From assembly GCA_044348005.1 (NCBI GenBank), contig JBIKTR010000006.1, positions 34,589 to 98,588 on the forward strand: DNA of 64,000 nucleotides, in the 5' to 3' direction. Every line of letters begins with the position of its first letter. Position 1 is the first letter of the stretch. Positions 19,206-28,336 of the stretch are shown here, piece after piece. Both the position numbers and the translations under genes were made by a program. Origin of the DNA: Vampirovibrionales bacterium (lineage in GTDB: Bacteria > Cyanobacteriota > Vampirovibrionia > Vampirovibrionales > JAJTHC01). The notes under the pieces are model-generated. The model was not told where the DNA came from. It did no database searches and worked only from the letters and a program-made list of their open reading frames with translations.

Positions 19206-19991
19206 TTAGGCTTCATTCAAACGCGTTAAAATTTCCGGACCATTTTCAGTAATCGTAATCGTATGTTCATAATGGGCCGCAGGCTCTCCATCAACGGTCA
19301 CCACCGTCCAACCGTCTTCAAGTGTTTTAACTTTCGCCAGCCCACCAGTAAACATGGGTTCAATGGCCAAGCAATTGCCCACTTCTAGTAAAGGCCCTGG
19401 TTGTCCAGTGTCGTAATTATGAATAAAAGGTTCTTCATGAAGCTTATGCCCCACACTATGCCCGCCGTATTCACGCACCAGCCCAAAACCATACGCGTCA
19501 TTTGTGCGCTCTACCGCAGCAGAAATATCCTGAAGGTGATTGCCTGCAATGGCTTGAGCAATGGCATTCATCAAGGCTTCTTCCGTGCATTGCATGATCC
19601 GCTTCTTTTTTTCATCCACTTGGCCAATCGCCACAGTTAAAGCCGCATCCGCAATGAGGCCTTGAAAGGTGGCGCCTACATCCACTGAAATAATGTCGCC
19701 TTCTTGCAACACCCGTTCTTGAGTCGGAAAACCATGCACGACTTCGTCATTGACAGAAGAGCAAATGGTAAAGGGAAACCCGTGATACCCCTTAAAGGTA
19801 GGCAAGGCCCCTTCTTTACGAATGAGTGCTTCAGCGGCTTGGTCAATCGCCAGGGTGTTGACGCCTTCTTGGGCCATTTCTCGCACCAACAAGTGAACAC
19901 GAGCCACGATTTGCCCTGCTTTACGCATCAGTTTAAGGTCATGGCGCGACTTTTTACTGATTTTATTCGCACCTGTTAAGTGAATACCCAT
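19206..19991 (-). CDS. map: Type I methionine aminopeptidase
   Basis: SVNDEVVHG, DVGA, LHEEP, AIEPM, AHYEHT. Confidence 0.95.
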   Translation of the reverse strand: MGIHLTGANKISKKSRHDLKLMRKAGQIVARVHLLVREMAQEGVNTLAIDQAAEALIRKEGALPTFKGYHGFPFTICSSVNDEVVHGFPTQERVLQEGDIISVDVGATFQGLIADAALTVAIGQVDEKKKRIMQCTEEALMNAIAQAIAGNHLQDISAAVERTNDAYGFGLVREYGGHSVGHKLHEEPFIHNYDTGQPGPLLEVGNCLAIEPMFTGGLAKVKTLEDGWTVVTVDGEPAAHYEHTITITENGPEILTRLNEA

Positions 19992-20024
19992 GAAAGAGTC
20001 CTTTCCAAAGTAAAAAGAATGATA

Positions 20025-20756
20025 TTAGACCTTAAGCGCCGTATTGGGGAGCAAGGTGTGCATGAGTGCTTTTAATTCTTCCGTGACGGCTTCAACCGAT
20101 TGGTTACCGTTTAAACGTTTCAATAAGCCTTTCGATTCAAAGGCGTGTAAAATAGGGAGGGTCTCTGCGTCAAAACCCGCCAAGCGGATTTTGACTTTTT
20201 CAGGCTGATCATCCACCCGATGTTCTAAATGCGTTCCCCCACAGGCGTCACAAACCCCAGCTTGCTTAGGGGCGTGACTAATTAGATTGTAAATCGCGCC
20301 ACAATCGGCACAAATACGACGGTTCACGGCACGAGCTTCAATTTCGGCGTAAGGGACGTCCAAATAAATGGCGGCGCCAATTTGGGCACCCGTGTTTTGA
20401 CACATCACTAGCAACGCGTCGGTCTGTTCCGCATTACGAGGGAAACCATCTAAAATAAAGGAAATCGGCGTTCCTGCTTGGTGAACGTTGGGCAACTGTT
20501 TTTCAATGCCCGCTTTTAAGGCATCAATTACTGTGTCAATGTCCACCAACAAGCCCCCTGCCAAGCGTTCTTGCACTTTACGGCCTAAAGGCGTGTCGTC
20601 TTTGGCAATGACCCTTAAAATGCTTCCCATATCAATACGGGGCATGCCATAGAGTTTGGCAAGCACACTGGTTTGTGTGCCTTTCCCCCCATTGGGCGGG
20701 GCAATAAACGGGAAGAATAGGACATCAGACCAAGTGGCTGGAGTGGGTATGCTCAT
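20025..20756 (-). CDS. adk: Adenylate kinase with Zn-lid
   Basis: PPNGGKGTQ, ILDGFPR, CADCG...CDACG; lies between secY and map. Confidence 0.92.
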   Translation of the reverse strand: MSIPTPATWSDVLFFPFIAPPNGGKGTQTSVLAKLYGMPRIDMGSILRVIAKDDTPLGRKVQERLAGGLLVDIDTVIDALKAGIEKQLPNVHQAGTPISFILDGFPRNAEQTDALLVMCQNTGAQIGAAIYLDVPYAEIEARAVNRRICADCGAIYNLISHAPKQAGVCDACGGTHLEHRVDDQPEKVKIRLAGFDAETLPILHAFESKGLLKRLNGNQSVEAVTEELKALMHTLLPNTALKV

Positions 20757-22123
20757 GATTTTAGGAATCCTTCATATTGTTTGGCCAATAACTGTACTCG
20801 AATTTGATTGACGGTATCTAAGGCCACCCCGACCATAATAATCAAGGCAGTGGTGCCTAATCCAGCCAAGGTGCTAATGCCCGTCATGGATGTTGAAGAG
20901 CTCGCAATTAAGGTAATCACCCCCAGCATAGACGCCCCAATAAACGTCAATTTTGAAATCAAGGCTTCGAGGTAGTCGCCTGTGGGGGAACCGGGCTTCA
21001 CCCCTGAAATGGCGTTGCCATGTTTACGCAAGTTTTCAGCAATTTGCTTGGGCTGAAGGCTTGGTACCAAGGTCACATAAAAGTAAGAAAAGAAGAGAAT
21101 GAGGCCAAATTCAACAGCAATGTAAATAGGACTACTGGGGACCATCCATTTTTTGTACTGAAGCAAGGCGTCAAACAACAGGCCTGTGGGCTTGCTTTGC
21201 ATCACAAAGTCCACAATCACACTGGGGAAACTCAATAGAATAAAGGTAAAAATCAAGGGCATCACCCCAGCTGGATTGAGCTTAAAGGGGATGAACGAAT
21301 CACCGCCTCCGTAGATTTTTCGACCCACTTGACGTCGGGCCTGCACAATATACACCTTATAAAAGGATTCCTGCAACAGCACGATTAAGGTAATGGTCAG
21401 CGCGTAAATCGCAAGCAGAACGCCTAGCCCTACCCATCGAGTCGGATCCGCTTGAAGAAGGGCCGCTGTTTTAGAAATATAGAAGGGCAAGGCGGAGATA
21501 ATACCCACAAAAATAAGAATCGAACTACCGTTGCCAACCCCTCGTTCAGTAATCAGTTCGCTTAACCACACGCTAAATAAGGAACCCGCGGTCAGCGCTG
21601 TTAAAGCCGCGGGGAAAAACCACGCAGGATCCACCCCCGGCATCAGGATGCCCGCATTACTGGTAAACAAGCGAACCACCACAAAAGACTGTAGCAAGGC
21701 AATGCCGACAGAAGCGTATCGGGTGATTTGAGAAATCTGGCGTCGTCCGGCTTCGCCCCCGTCTTTTTGCAATTCTTCAAGCTTAGGAATCACCGCCGTG
21801 AGTAACTGCATCACGATTGAAGCGGTGATATAAGGCCCAATCCCCAGCGCCATGACAGACAAGGACGCCAAGGCCCCACCCGAAAACATGTCCACCATCG
21901 CCAAAATAGGGTTATTGGCCCCTAACGCCTTAAGCGCTTCAGCGTTGACGCCCCACACGGGGATTTGAACACAAAAGCGAAAAATAGCCAAAGCAAAGAA
22001 GGTGAACCACAGGCGTTCTTTCATGCCTGAAGCCTGAATGGCATAAGCCAGCTCGCTCCATTTGGGGAGCTTAAAGTGTTTTTTTTCAAGGGGTAAATCA
22101 GTGGGGGCGTTGACGTCAGACAC
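20753..22123 (-). CDS. secY: Preprotein translocase SecY
   Basis: ALGIGPYITASIVMQLL, ITERGVGNGSS, PFKLNPAGVMP, IIMVGVALDT; GTG start at 22123 chosen from the RBS. Confidence 0.95.
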   Translation of the reverse strand: MSDVNAPTDLPLEKKHFKLPKWSELAYAIQASGMKERLWFTFFALAIFRFCVQIPVWGVNAEALKALGANNPILAMVDMFSGGALASLSVMALGIGPYITASIVMQLLTAVIPKLEELQKDGGEAGRRQISQITRYASVGIALLQSFVVVRLFTSNAGILMPGVDPAWFFPAALTALTAGSLFSVWLSELITERGVGNGSSILIFVGIISALPFYISKTAALLQADPTRWVGLGVLLAIYALTITLIVLLQESFYKVYIVQARRQVGRKIYGGGDSFIPFKLNPAGVMPLIFTFILLSFPSVIVDFVMQSKPTGLLFDALLQYKKWMVPSSPIYIAVEFGLILFFSYFYVTLVPSLQPKQIAENLRKHGNAISGVKPGSPTGDYLEALISKLTFIGASMLGVITLIASSSTSMTGISTLAGLGTTALIIMVGVALDTVNQIRVQLLAKQYEGFLKS

Positions 22124-22274
22124 AAGCGGTACTCTTTTCAAAACATAATGCCACAAGTTGAATACTTTTATTATACACCAAAAACAATGAAACAACGTCG
22201 TGTATGGTTTTGCATAATTATGAAGATGTTCGAGGGGGCTTGTCAATTATGGGAAAGTTTGTCACAATAACAAC

Positions 22275-22485
22275 ATAGCCTCGGGTGTGGCGTTCAATAG
22301 TTTGGACTCTACATTGATGAACCTCGGGAGCCTGACGACGTCTGTGTCAACGTAGACCAACACCCCTTTTGATAGAGGCGGTTGAGACTTTCTCACGGTT
22401 GGAAACAGCGATCCAGCTTAAGGCACCCACCTGTTGTTTTTACAGGGGTCTCCAAACTCTGGGTCACACCGCAAAACGAGGCTAT
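22275..22485 (+). ncRNA. ssrS: 6S RNA candidate
   Basis: About 210-nt rod: ATAGCCTCG/CGAGGCTAT, GGTGTGGC/GTCACACC and AGTTTGGA/TCCAAACT pair end to end. 6S-like motifs TGAACC..GGGAGC and GGCACCCACCTG flank a central bubble. Confidence 0.75.
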
Positions 22486-22491
22486 ATTTTT

Positions 22492-22666
22492 TAGAACTCA
22501 CAGAAAAAGTCCCATTCGGCGAATCTTCTGTGCACGAAGCGTGAGTGATTGCAAGCAATCAACAAAACAAGCCGTTTGTTCGTTATGTACGTCTATGTAC
22601 ACGCCTCACAAGCCGTTTGTTTTTCCTTGAATCTTCATCCGACTTGAACCTTTTCTGTAAGTTCTA
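22492..22666. repeat. MITE/RPE-like palindromic element, copy A
   Basis: TIR tagaactcacagaaaa / ttttctgtaagttcta (1 mismatch); ~70-bp core shared with 46928-47077. Confidence 0.7.
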
Positions 22667-22856
22667 AATTTTCACATCGAGGGGCGTTCGACGGCGTTTT
22701 GTGGGGGCATTTACCGCTGAATAGCGAGCCATGCGTTTGAAATCTAGGACGTTCTTGGGGTAAAGAGCCATTGCCCATAGCAATTGCCCCGTTTGTTCAA
22801 ACAAGAGTTTAACAGGGTTGTTGTACCACAGGCATCGTTTAAAGGCGTAATACCAA

Positions 22857-23483
22857 TCATGATTCATGGGTGGGGGACTCCTGCTTGAACTGTTGGGGGT
22901 CGACGCTTAAGCCTTGCAAGCAGGGGATCGCCTCTTTGAGGCGTTGAAAATCGGCGTGGGTGATGGCGTCTTTTTTGAGGAAAATCCATTCTGGGCCAAC
23001 CCCTTGTAGTTGTTGTAATAAAATAAAGTTTGAAACATTTTGACAGTGACTAAAGGCCGAAAAGGGAATGACTGTGGCCCCTTTAAACACGTTGTAAGAA
23101 ACGGTATGGAGATAGGTATTTTCTAGACAAAGATCAAAATCCAATACATAGGATCTCAAATCAATTTTGATGGGTTTAGTCGTTTTCTTCTTAATGAAAA
23201 AAGAAAGAAAATCTAGAACGAGAAACAACCCCGCAACCCCAGAAAGAATTAGCATGAGCGGTGCTTGCACAACAGGTTGCATGAATTGTAAAAAATCGGT
23301 AGGTAGTTGAAGAAGGGGAAGCCCCATGTTCAGCAAGGCCTGTGTAGTCATCAGTACCACAAAAGCAAAAAACACTTTTTTAAGTGGGGTGAAGGCGTAC
23401 TTTAATTCCAACACTTTTAGAGTATCAATAAGATCGTGTAGCACTTCATCGCAAATTTCAATATGTTGAGAAATAACCGTCAT
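22857..23483 (-). CDS. Hypothetical membrane protein
   Basis: Two hydrophobic helices and a soluble C-terminus. Confidence 0.6.
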   Translation of the reverse strand: MTVISQHIEICDEVLHDLIDTLKVLELKYAFTPLKKVFFAFVVLMTTQALLNMGLPLLQLPTDFLQFMQPVVQAPLMLILSGVAGLFLVLDFLSFFIKKKTTKPIKIDLRSYVLDFDLCLENTYLHTVSYNVFKGATVIPFSAFSHCQNVSNFILLQQLQGVGPEWIFLKKDAITHADFQRLKEAIPCLQGLSVDPQQFKQESPTHES

Positions 23484-23492
23484 GGGCGCTTC

Positions 23493-24446
23493 CTATATAT
23501 TGTCTAACGCTTTTTTGTCTTCTTCGTAAGCGTCTTTAAGCTGTTTTTTGAGCAAGCTCGTTTGAGCTGAAATCATTTTCTTGGTGACGTCTAGGTGACT
23601 CAGTTTTTCTTCAAGCACGGTGTCCGCATTCGCCAAAACCCGTTGATTCGTTTGCTGAAAGCCATTTAAAATCGCCCCTGAAATACCGTTTAACACACCA
23701 CCTGCGGCCACACCCGCCAAGCCCACGGGCCCAAACAACGGCCCAAGGGTCGTCAACAAGCCCCCGATGCCTGACAACGCGGATGCAGTGGGCATCAACC
23801 AGTTACGCCCCAAGCCCAAGCCTGACGCCAAGCCTGCCCCCGTGGCTGCAAGCCCTCCGCCTGAACCGATGCCACCAAAACTATTGCTAAAGCTCGCCCC
23901 ACCTACGACTTCACCCCCCGCCACCGAAGCCGCCGCCCCACCGATGAACGCCTCTTCAGGGAAGTCTACATCCCCAATGCCCGTAAAGTCAAAGCCCCCA
24001 CTGCCAATGCCTAAACGGCTAAATTCGCTTAAGGCGCCCAAACTATTGGCGTAATTTTGAAGACTGCCGTAGTTCCCATAGTTAATCGAAGCGGCTCCGC
24101 CCGTGGTGGGTAGCCCGCTAGATTGAGCCCAAGGCGCTAAGCCAAAGGACGCCTGCCCCCCCGGTACAATGCCTGTGCCTCCGCTAAAGGGGGCGTAAAA
24201 ATTAGTCCCCGGTATGGAAATAGCTTGTGAACCTAAAATAGGTGAAAACGCGGGCGAACCGAAGGTTCTGGCAATGTTCATTAAAAATCCGCTAAAGGCC
24301 CCTAGTCCACTTCCGCCTAGGGCGTTTCCCGCCACGGCGTGGCTGCGAATGGCGTCCCATGTTTCGTAGGTTTCGGTGTTTAAGGCGTCGCTGACTTTGC
24401 CGTAACGCATTAAAATGGTTTGGATTGAATCATTTTTGTAGGTCAC
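23493..24446 (-). CDS. Glycine-rich hypothetical protein with hydrophobic hairpin and C-terminal coiled coil
   Basis: G/S/A-rich body, LSGIGGLLTTLGPLFGPVGLAGVAAGGVL, heptad-like tail; GGAG RBS. Confidence 0.7.
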   Translation of the reverse strand: MTYKNDSIQTILMRYGKVSDALNTETYETWDAIRSHAVAGNALGGSGLGAFSGFLMNIARTFGSPAFSPILGSQAISIPGTNFYAPFSGGTGIVPGGQASFGLAPWAQSSGLPTTGGAASINYGNYGSLQNYANSLGALSEFSRLGIGSGGFDFTGIGDVDFPEEAFIGGAAASVAGGEVVGGASFSNSFGGIGSGGGLAATGAGLASGLGLGRNWLMPTASALSGIGGLLTTLGPLFGPVGLAGVAAGGVLNGISGAILNGFQQTNQRVLANADTVLEEKLSHLDVTKKMISAQTSLLKKQLKDAYEEDKKALDNI

Positions 24447-24538
24447 GGAAAGAACTCCATAAGTTTAAGGATATAAATGTAGGGATATAAATGTAGGGAC
24501 TGACTTCAAAAGGTTAAAAAACAAGGCGTCCAAAGACT

Positions 24539-24865
24539 TTAGTCTTCTTTAAATAGGTTTTTGGCGCGGTCGTCAACAATTTTCTTCAAGCTTTCAAGTT
24601 CGGCTGAAATAGCCTTGTAATAGGTATCTAAACGAGTTTGCTGAAGGGTCAATGATTTTTCGATGTTGACAATCGACTGCAACTTGAGGTTTAACTTCAA
24701 GGAATCGTCTGAATTGGGATCCAAATTACTGCCTAGGTTAAACAATTCGTTGGTTTGATTGGTGAGCCGGAGGCGTTCGTTGGCGATTTGTTGACTGGTC
24801 ATTTCAACGTCAATTTTTTGAGCTTGAAGCGACACATAACGCCCCTGCGTTGCGGAAAGTCCCAT
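24539..24865 (-). CDS. Small coiled-coil protein of the MGLxAxQxR type
   Basis: MGLSATQGRYVSLQAQKIDVE...; resembles, from memory, a paralogous family common in Melainabacteria. Confidence 0.7.
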   Translation of the reverse strand: MGLSATQGRYVSLQAQKIDVEMTSQQIANERLRLTNQTNELFNLGSNLDPNSDDSLKLNLKLQSIVNIEKSLTLQQTRLDTYYKAISAELESLKKIVDDRAKNLFKED

Positions 24866-24956
24866 GAGGAATCCCCCTTTTCTATACGGTTGTTTGTGGT
24901 GTGATTGAGTACAAAGGCTTTTTTAAAAGAATCTGAAAAAGTCTATTTTGCCTTGT

Positions 24957-25055
24957 CCCTCTTCCCTTAGGGAAGAGGCTAGGAGGAGGGACTCACCAGC
25001 ATGAACTGGACATCTCGAATCCCTCACCCCAACCCTCTCCCTAAGGGAGAGGGGG
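24957..25055. repeat. Inverted pair of REP-like palindromes (REPIN-like)
   Basis: ccctcttcccttagggaagagg...ggaggga facing tccctcaccccaaccctctccctaagggagaggggg. Confidence 0.65.
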
Positions 25056-25404
25056 TAAAGAAACTTTCGCAGAGCTTTCTATAGCCTTTGCTTTTGTTTC
25101 GACCTGCTTTGCTCTTCCGCAAAGCCCCCTCCTCTATTTGAAGGACGCGATAAGAAAGACTTTACCAAAACGCACGGTATATCGTAAGATGTACATAGAA
25201 AGATTAAGATGAACGCAACCCTGTGTTCATCTTTTGAAAGTGAATGAGTGAATGAGTGAATCTTAAGAAGGACGAGGCTAACGTTTACCCAGTGTTAAGC
25301 TCGTCAAGAAATCAATAACTTAGAGGGGTCACCCCCTTGTTGTGAAGTCCATAATGTAAATGCATTTGTAAATAAATTTGTGTAATGAATAGGAACGGTC
25401 TAAA

Positions 25405-25743
25405 ATGAATCATCGTCTTTCCCCTCAGCGCCTGTCTCGTCAAGCGGATCCCGCGTTTTTTCAAGGGTTTTCGGCTACTATGAATCTTCAAACGGCGAAA
25501 CGCCCTAGCGCCCAGCGCAACACGCTGAATCGTCGTCGTCGAGCCATGGTATTGCTTTCAGAATGTGGGGTGTTTTTGGGCTTGTTGGTGTGTGTGGTGT
25601 ATTTGGCGTCAATGTGGTCGGTGTTGAATCCCTTTACAGGGGTGTTGGAAGCGATGAAGCGTCCCCCCACGGCGGTGCAGGCGTCGTTACTGGCGGAAGG
25701 CAAAACCGCCGCCGTATTTATGGACGTGCATGTCCCTGAGTAG
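25405..25743 (+). CDS. Hypothetical single-TM protein
   Basis: Basic N-region then a hydrophobic helix; AGGA RBS. Confidence 0.5.
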   Translation: MNHRLSPQRLSRQADPAFFQGFSATMNLQTAKRPSAQRNTLNRRRRAMVLLSECGVFLGLLVCVVYLASMWSVLNPFTGVLEAMKRPPTAVQASLLAEGKTAAVFMDVHVPE

Positions 25744-26113
25744 GTTGATTAGGTAGTTTTGTAAGTTGAACAGAGGCTCTCCCCTTGAACGAGTTTAGGG
25801 CTTGTTGCCAATTTTCAGGATCACACAGTGTCGATAGAAATGTTCTAAGCTGCTCAAGACTTTCAGGTGCATGAGGTAAACTTACCGACATTCTAAAATC
25901 ATCTTTTACAATAAATAAGAACGTACCGTTTAAAGACATTGAGTCAAAACCAAATAATTCTTCTAAGGCTGTTCTTTCTGAAGAAGTAATTCTAAGCGTG
26001 TCGACTGCCGAAGCTACCCCCCCCCCCTCGCGCTGTGATGCGACAGGTATAGCAGGCTTTTGCACGGACGGGTTCATAGAGGGCACCGAAAATAGAGGGG
26101 TAGAAAGACGCAC
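25718..26113 (-). CDS. Hypothetical protein with S/P-rich N-terminus
   Basis: 131-aa ORF; AAGGA RBS upstream of the GTG start. Confidence 0.45.
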   Translation of the reverse strand: MRLSTPLFSVPSMNPSVQKPAIPVASQREGGGVASAVDTLRITSSERTALEELFGFDSMSLNGTFLFIVKDDFRMSVSLPHAPESLEQLRTFLSTLCDPENWQQALNSFKGRASVQLTKLPNQPTQGHARP

Positions 26114-26245
26114 GACAGATAAATCCTTTATTTATAGTTCAAACCAACACAAAACGGGGACGAGCCACATAAGCTTCAAAACGTATTATATCGAAAAAAG
26201 ATGCCTTGTAAAGAAATTGTTACGCTACACGCGCGAATGTTTACT

Positions 26246-26496
26246 CACAAAAGTCGGTTTTTTGGCCACGAAAGTCGGTTTTCTGGCCACGAAAGTCCGT
26301 TTTTTGGCCACGAAAGTCGGTTTTCTGGCCACGAAAGTCCGTTTTTTGGCCACGAAAGTCCGTTTTTTGGCCACGAAAGTCGGTTTTCTGGCCACGAAAG
26401 TCCGTTTTCTGGCCACGAAAGTCCGTTTTCTGGCCACGAAAGTCGGTTTTCTGGCCACGAAAGTCCGTTTTTCGACACACGAAAGTCGGTTTTTTG
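26246..26496. repeat. 21-bp tandem repeat array, about 12 units
   Basis: Unit CACGAAAGTC(G/C)GTTTT(T/C)TGGC, head to tail with no spacers. Confidence 0.97.
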
Positions 26497-26679
26497 TTCG
26501 ATTTTCAAGGAATGTGCTGGGGGGTGAAGGCCTGTTCAAAAAAGCCACTCTTTTTCAGTATAACGTATTTTTAAGCACTATGCCTAGTGCAGAAAGTGCA
26601 CGATTTTAAGCCCTGTTCATTCAACAAACAAGCGAAGGCTTCTTAAAGCCTCCGCTTACTCGCCTTTTTTTCGTGCGTT

Positions 26680-27900
26680 TTACAGCACAATGGCTCCACC
26701 AAAGCGACCCCGCTTAAACGTCACCCGGCCTTCTTCCTGCAGTTGCTTCAACCCACGTCGCACTGAATTGGCGGTTACCCCAATCTCGCTTGCTAAATCA
26801 TGCACATTCGGCAACTGTTCGCCACTTTGAAACGTGCTGATTTGGTCTTCTAAGGCTTGGTACGCCTTTTCATAATCGTAGAGTTCCATGTGTTGTTCTG
26901 CGGGCATAAACAGCGATTCCATGGTGTTGACGGAAATAAAGTGGAGTGGCAATCGCGTGACATACGTGCCGTAGCGTCCGCGTTTGGAATGAATCATGCC
27001 TTGTTCAGCCAAGCGTTGCATGGCGTCATGAACGGTTTTAATCGACACCTTAAACAAGGTGGCCAGTTCCTGATGCGGAGGCAATTTGTCGTTGACTTCA
27101 TAGCGATCGGAAATAAGGGCTTTTAATTCACGTTCAATTTGATCGATTAGGGTATCCGTTTGAATAGAGGCAAAGTCATTGCACACATTTTCAACCGTTG
27201 GCAGGCGTTTGAGCGTCCAGTTTGGTTTTTTTCCGCGATTGCCCATGGCTTCAAGCACGCCTTCATGCGTTAAAAACTCCATGGCCAAACGGGTGGTGTT
27301 AGGCGTGGCGTGAATGATTTTGGCCATTTCTCGGCTAGAAGGCAATAAGTCGTTTACCGCAATGCCTTGGTTTACAATGTACTGTTGAATGGCCAAAACG
27401 GTTTGGTCTCGTTTAGACGTTTGCTTGCGGATGCGTTGTTCTTCTTGCGTGTGGCTGGCATTTTTGAGCAAGGTGCCAATGCGTTGTTTGGATTCCACCC
27501 ACCCCTCATCTTCCACAAAACGAATGGCATTCTGTACGGTTCCTACACTCACGCCCAAGTAATCGGAAAGCTCTTTTTTCAAGGGAAGCAAGTAATTTTC
27601 ATGCAACTCGCCTGATTCAAAACCGGCTTTAATCCACGTGGTGAGCCATTCAGCGATTTGGGCGTCTTTACCGAGCTTGGCTTTAAGGGTAAGCGGGGCG
27701 GGCAATTCTTCTAAAGTTAAACGCAAAGGGGCTTCTGGCGGAGCTGTTTCTAACACTTGCTGGTGCAATAAGCGATTAGACGTAAACGCCCCTTTCATAG
27801 GCACTGACACTTGCACAGGCAAGCTGGCTTTGCTTTGGGTGCCCTTTAGCAAGGTTGGGGTGGGTTTTTTCTTTGTTTCGGCTTGGGTGTTTTGGGTCAT
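26680..27900 (-). CDS. Protein made of four tandem GntR-type winged-HTH domains
   Basis: Four LPxxxELA/MA...VS..TV..A...L..EG.....G motifs (LPLKKELS, LPSSREMA, LPPHQELA, LPNVHDLA); no effector domain. Confidence 0.85.
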   Translation of the reverse strand: MTQNTQAETKKKPTPTLLKGTQSKASLPVQVSVPMKGAFTSNRLLHQQVLETAPPEAPLRLTLEELPAPLTLKAKLGKDAQIAEWLTTWIKAGFESGELHENYLLPLKKELSDYLGVSVGTVQNAIRFVEDEGWVESKQRIGTLLKNASHTQEEQRIRKQTSKRDQTVLAIQQYIVNQGIAVNDLLPSSREMAKIIHATPNTTRLAMEFLTHEGVLEAMGNRGKKPNWTLKRLPTVENVCNDFASIQTDTLIDQIERELKALISDRYEVNDKLPPHQELATLFKVSIKTVHDAMQRLAEQGMIHSKRGRYGTYVTRLPLHFISVNTMESLFMPAEQHMELYDYEKAYQALEDQISTFQSGEQLPNVHDLASEIGVTANSVRRGLKQLQEEGRVTFKRGRFGGAIVL

Positions 27901-28134
27901 GTTTGAATCCTTATGTCCTTGTCGCTTAAAAATTACTTATAACGGTGTCAATCCCCCTGAATGGGTTGACGTGTGAAAAAATGAGTCTGCTTCCATCAAA
28001 TGCCTAGAAAATGTGAAATGGGTTGAGTGGGTTCATCTAAAATGATTTACGCTGTTTGAGAAGCATCTATATTAGTATTAAAACAAACGAGTTCCTGAAG
28101 CGTGCTATTGTTTTAATTGTTGTAACATAAGTTT

Positions 28135-28161
28135 CTTTCGGCACCGCAAGGGGAAACTTTA
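28135..28161 (-). promoter_or_regulatory. Sigma28 (FliA)-type promoter for the 4xGntR gene
   Basis: Minus strand TAAAGTTT-N11-GCCGAAAG. Confidence 0.7.
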
Positions 28162-28336
28162 ATTTTTGTTACAAATAAAAACAATCACCTCAAACCAATC
28201 ACACTTTACGCACGTGTTCTCTTGGTTTGCTCCTTAATTTAGGGGAGCCCCTTGAAGCAAAGGGCTTGGGCGCCCGAAAGCAAAGTCGTGTAGAACAGAT
28301 CCGTAAAACAGGTCCCTTTCTTGAAAGTAACAACCT

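Noticed and set aside
22382-22867. ORFs 22382-22630 and 22664-22867
   Set aside because: The first overlaps the 6S candidate and a palindromic element. The second has no recognisable features, although a shorter peptide cannot be excluded.
25240-25261. GTGAATGA short tandem repeat as a regulatory element
   Set aside because: Fewer than three copies and no supporting context.
26246-26496. CRISPR array
   Set aside because: Units are head to tail with no unique spacers, and there are no cas genes in the window.
25998-26609. Repeat-protein ORFs (TKVGFLA, HESRFSG, KTDFRGQ etc.)
   Set aside because: Several frames on both strands are open only because the 21-mer lacks stop codons; nothing supports any one frame as coding.
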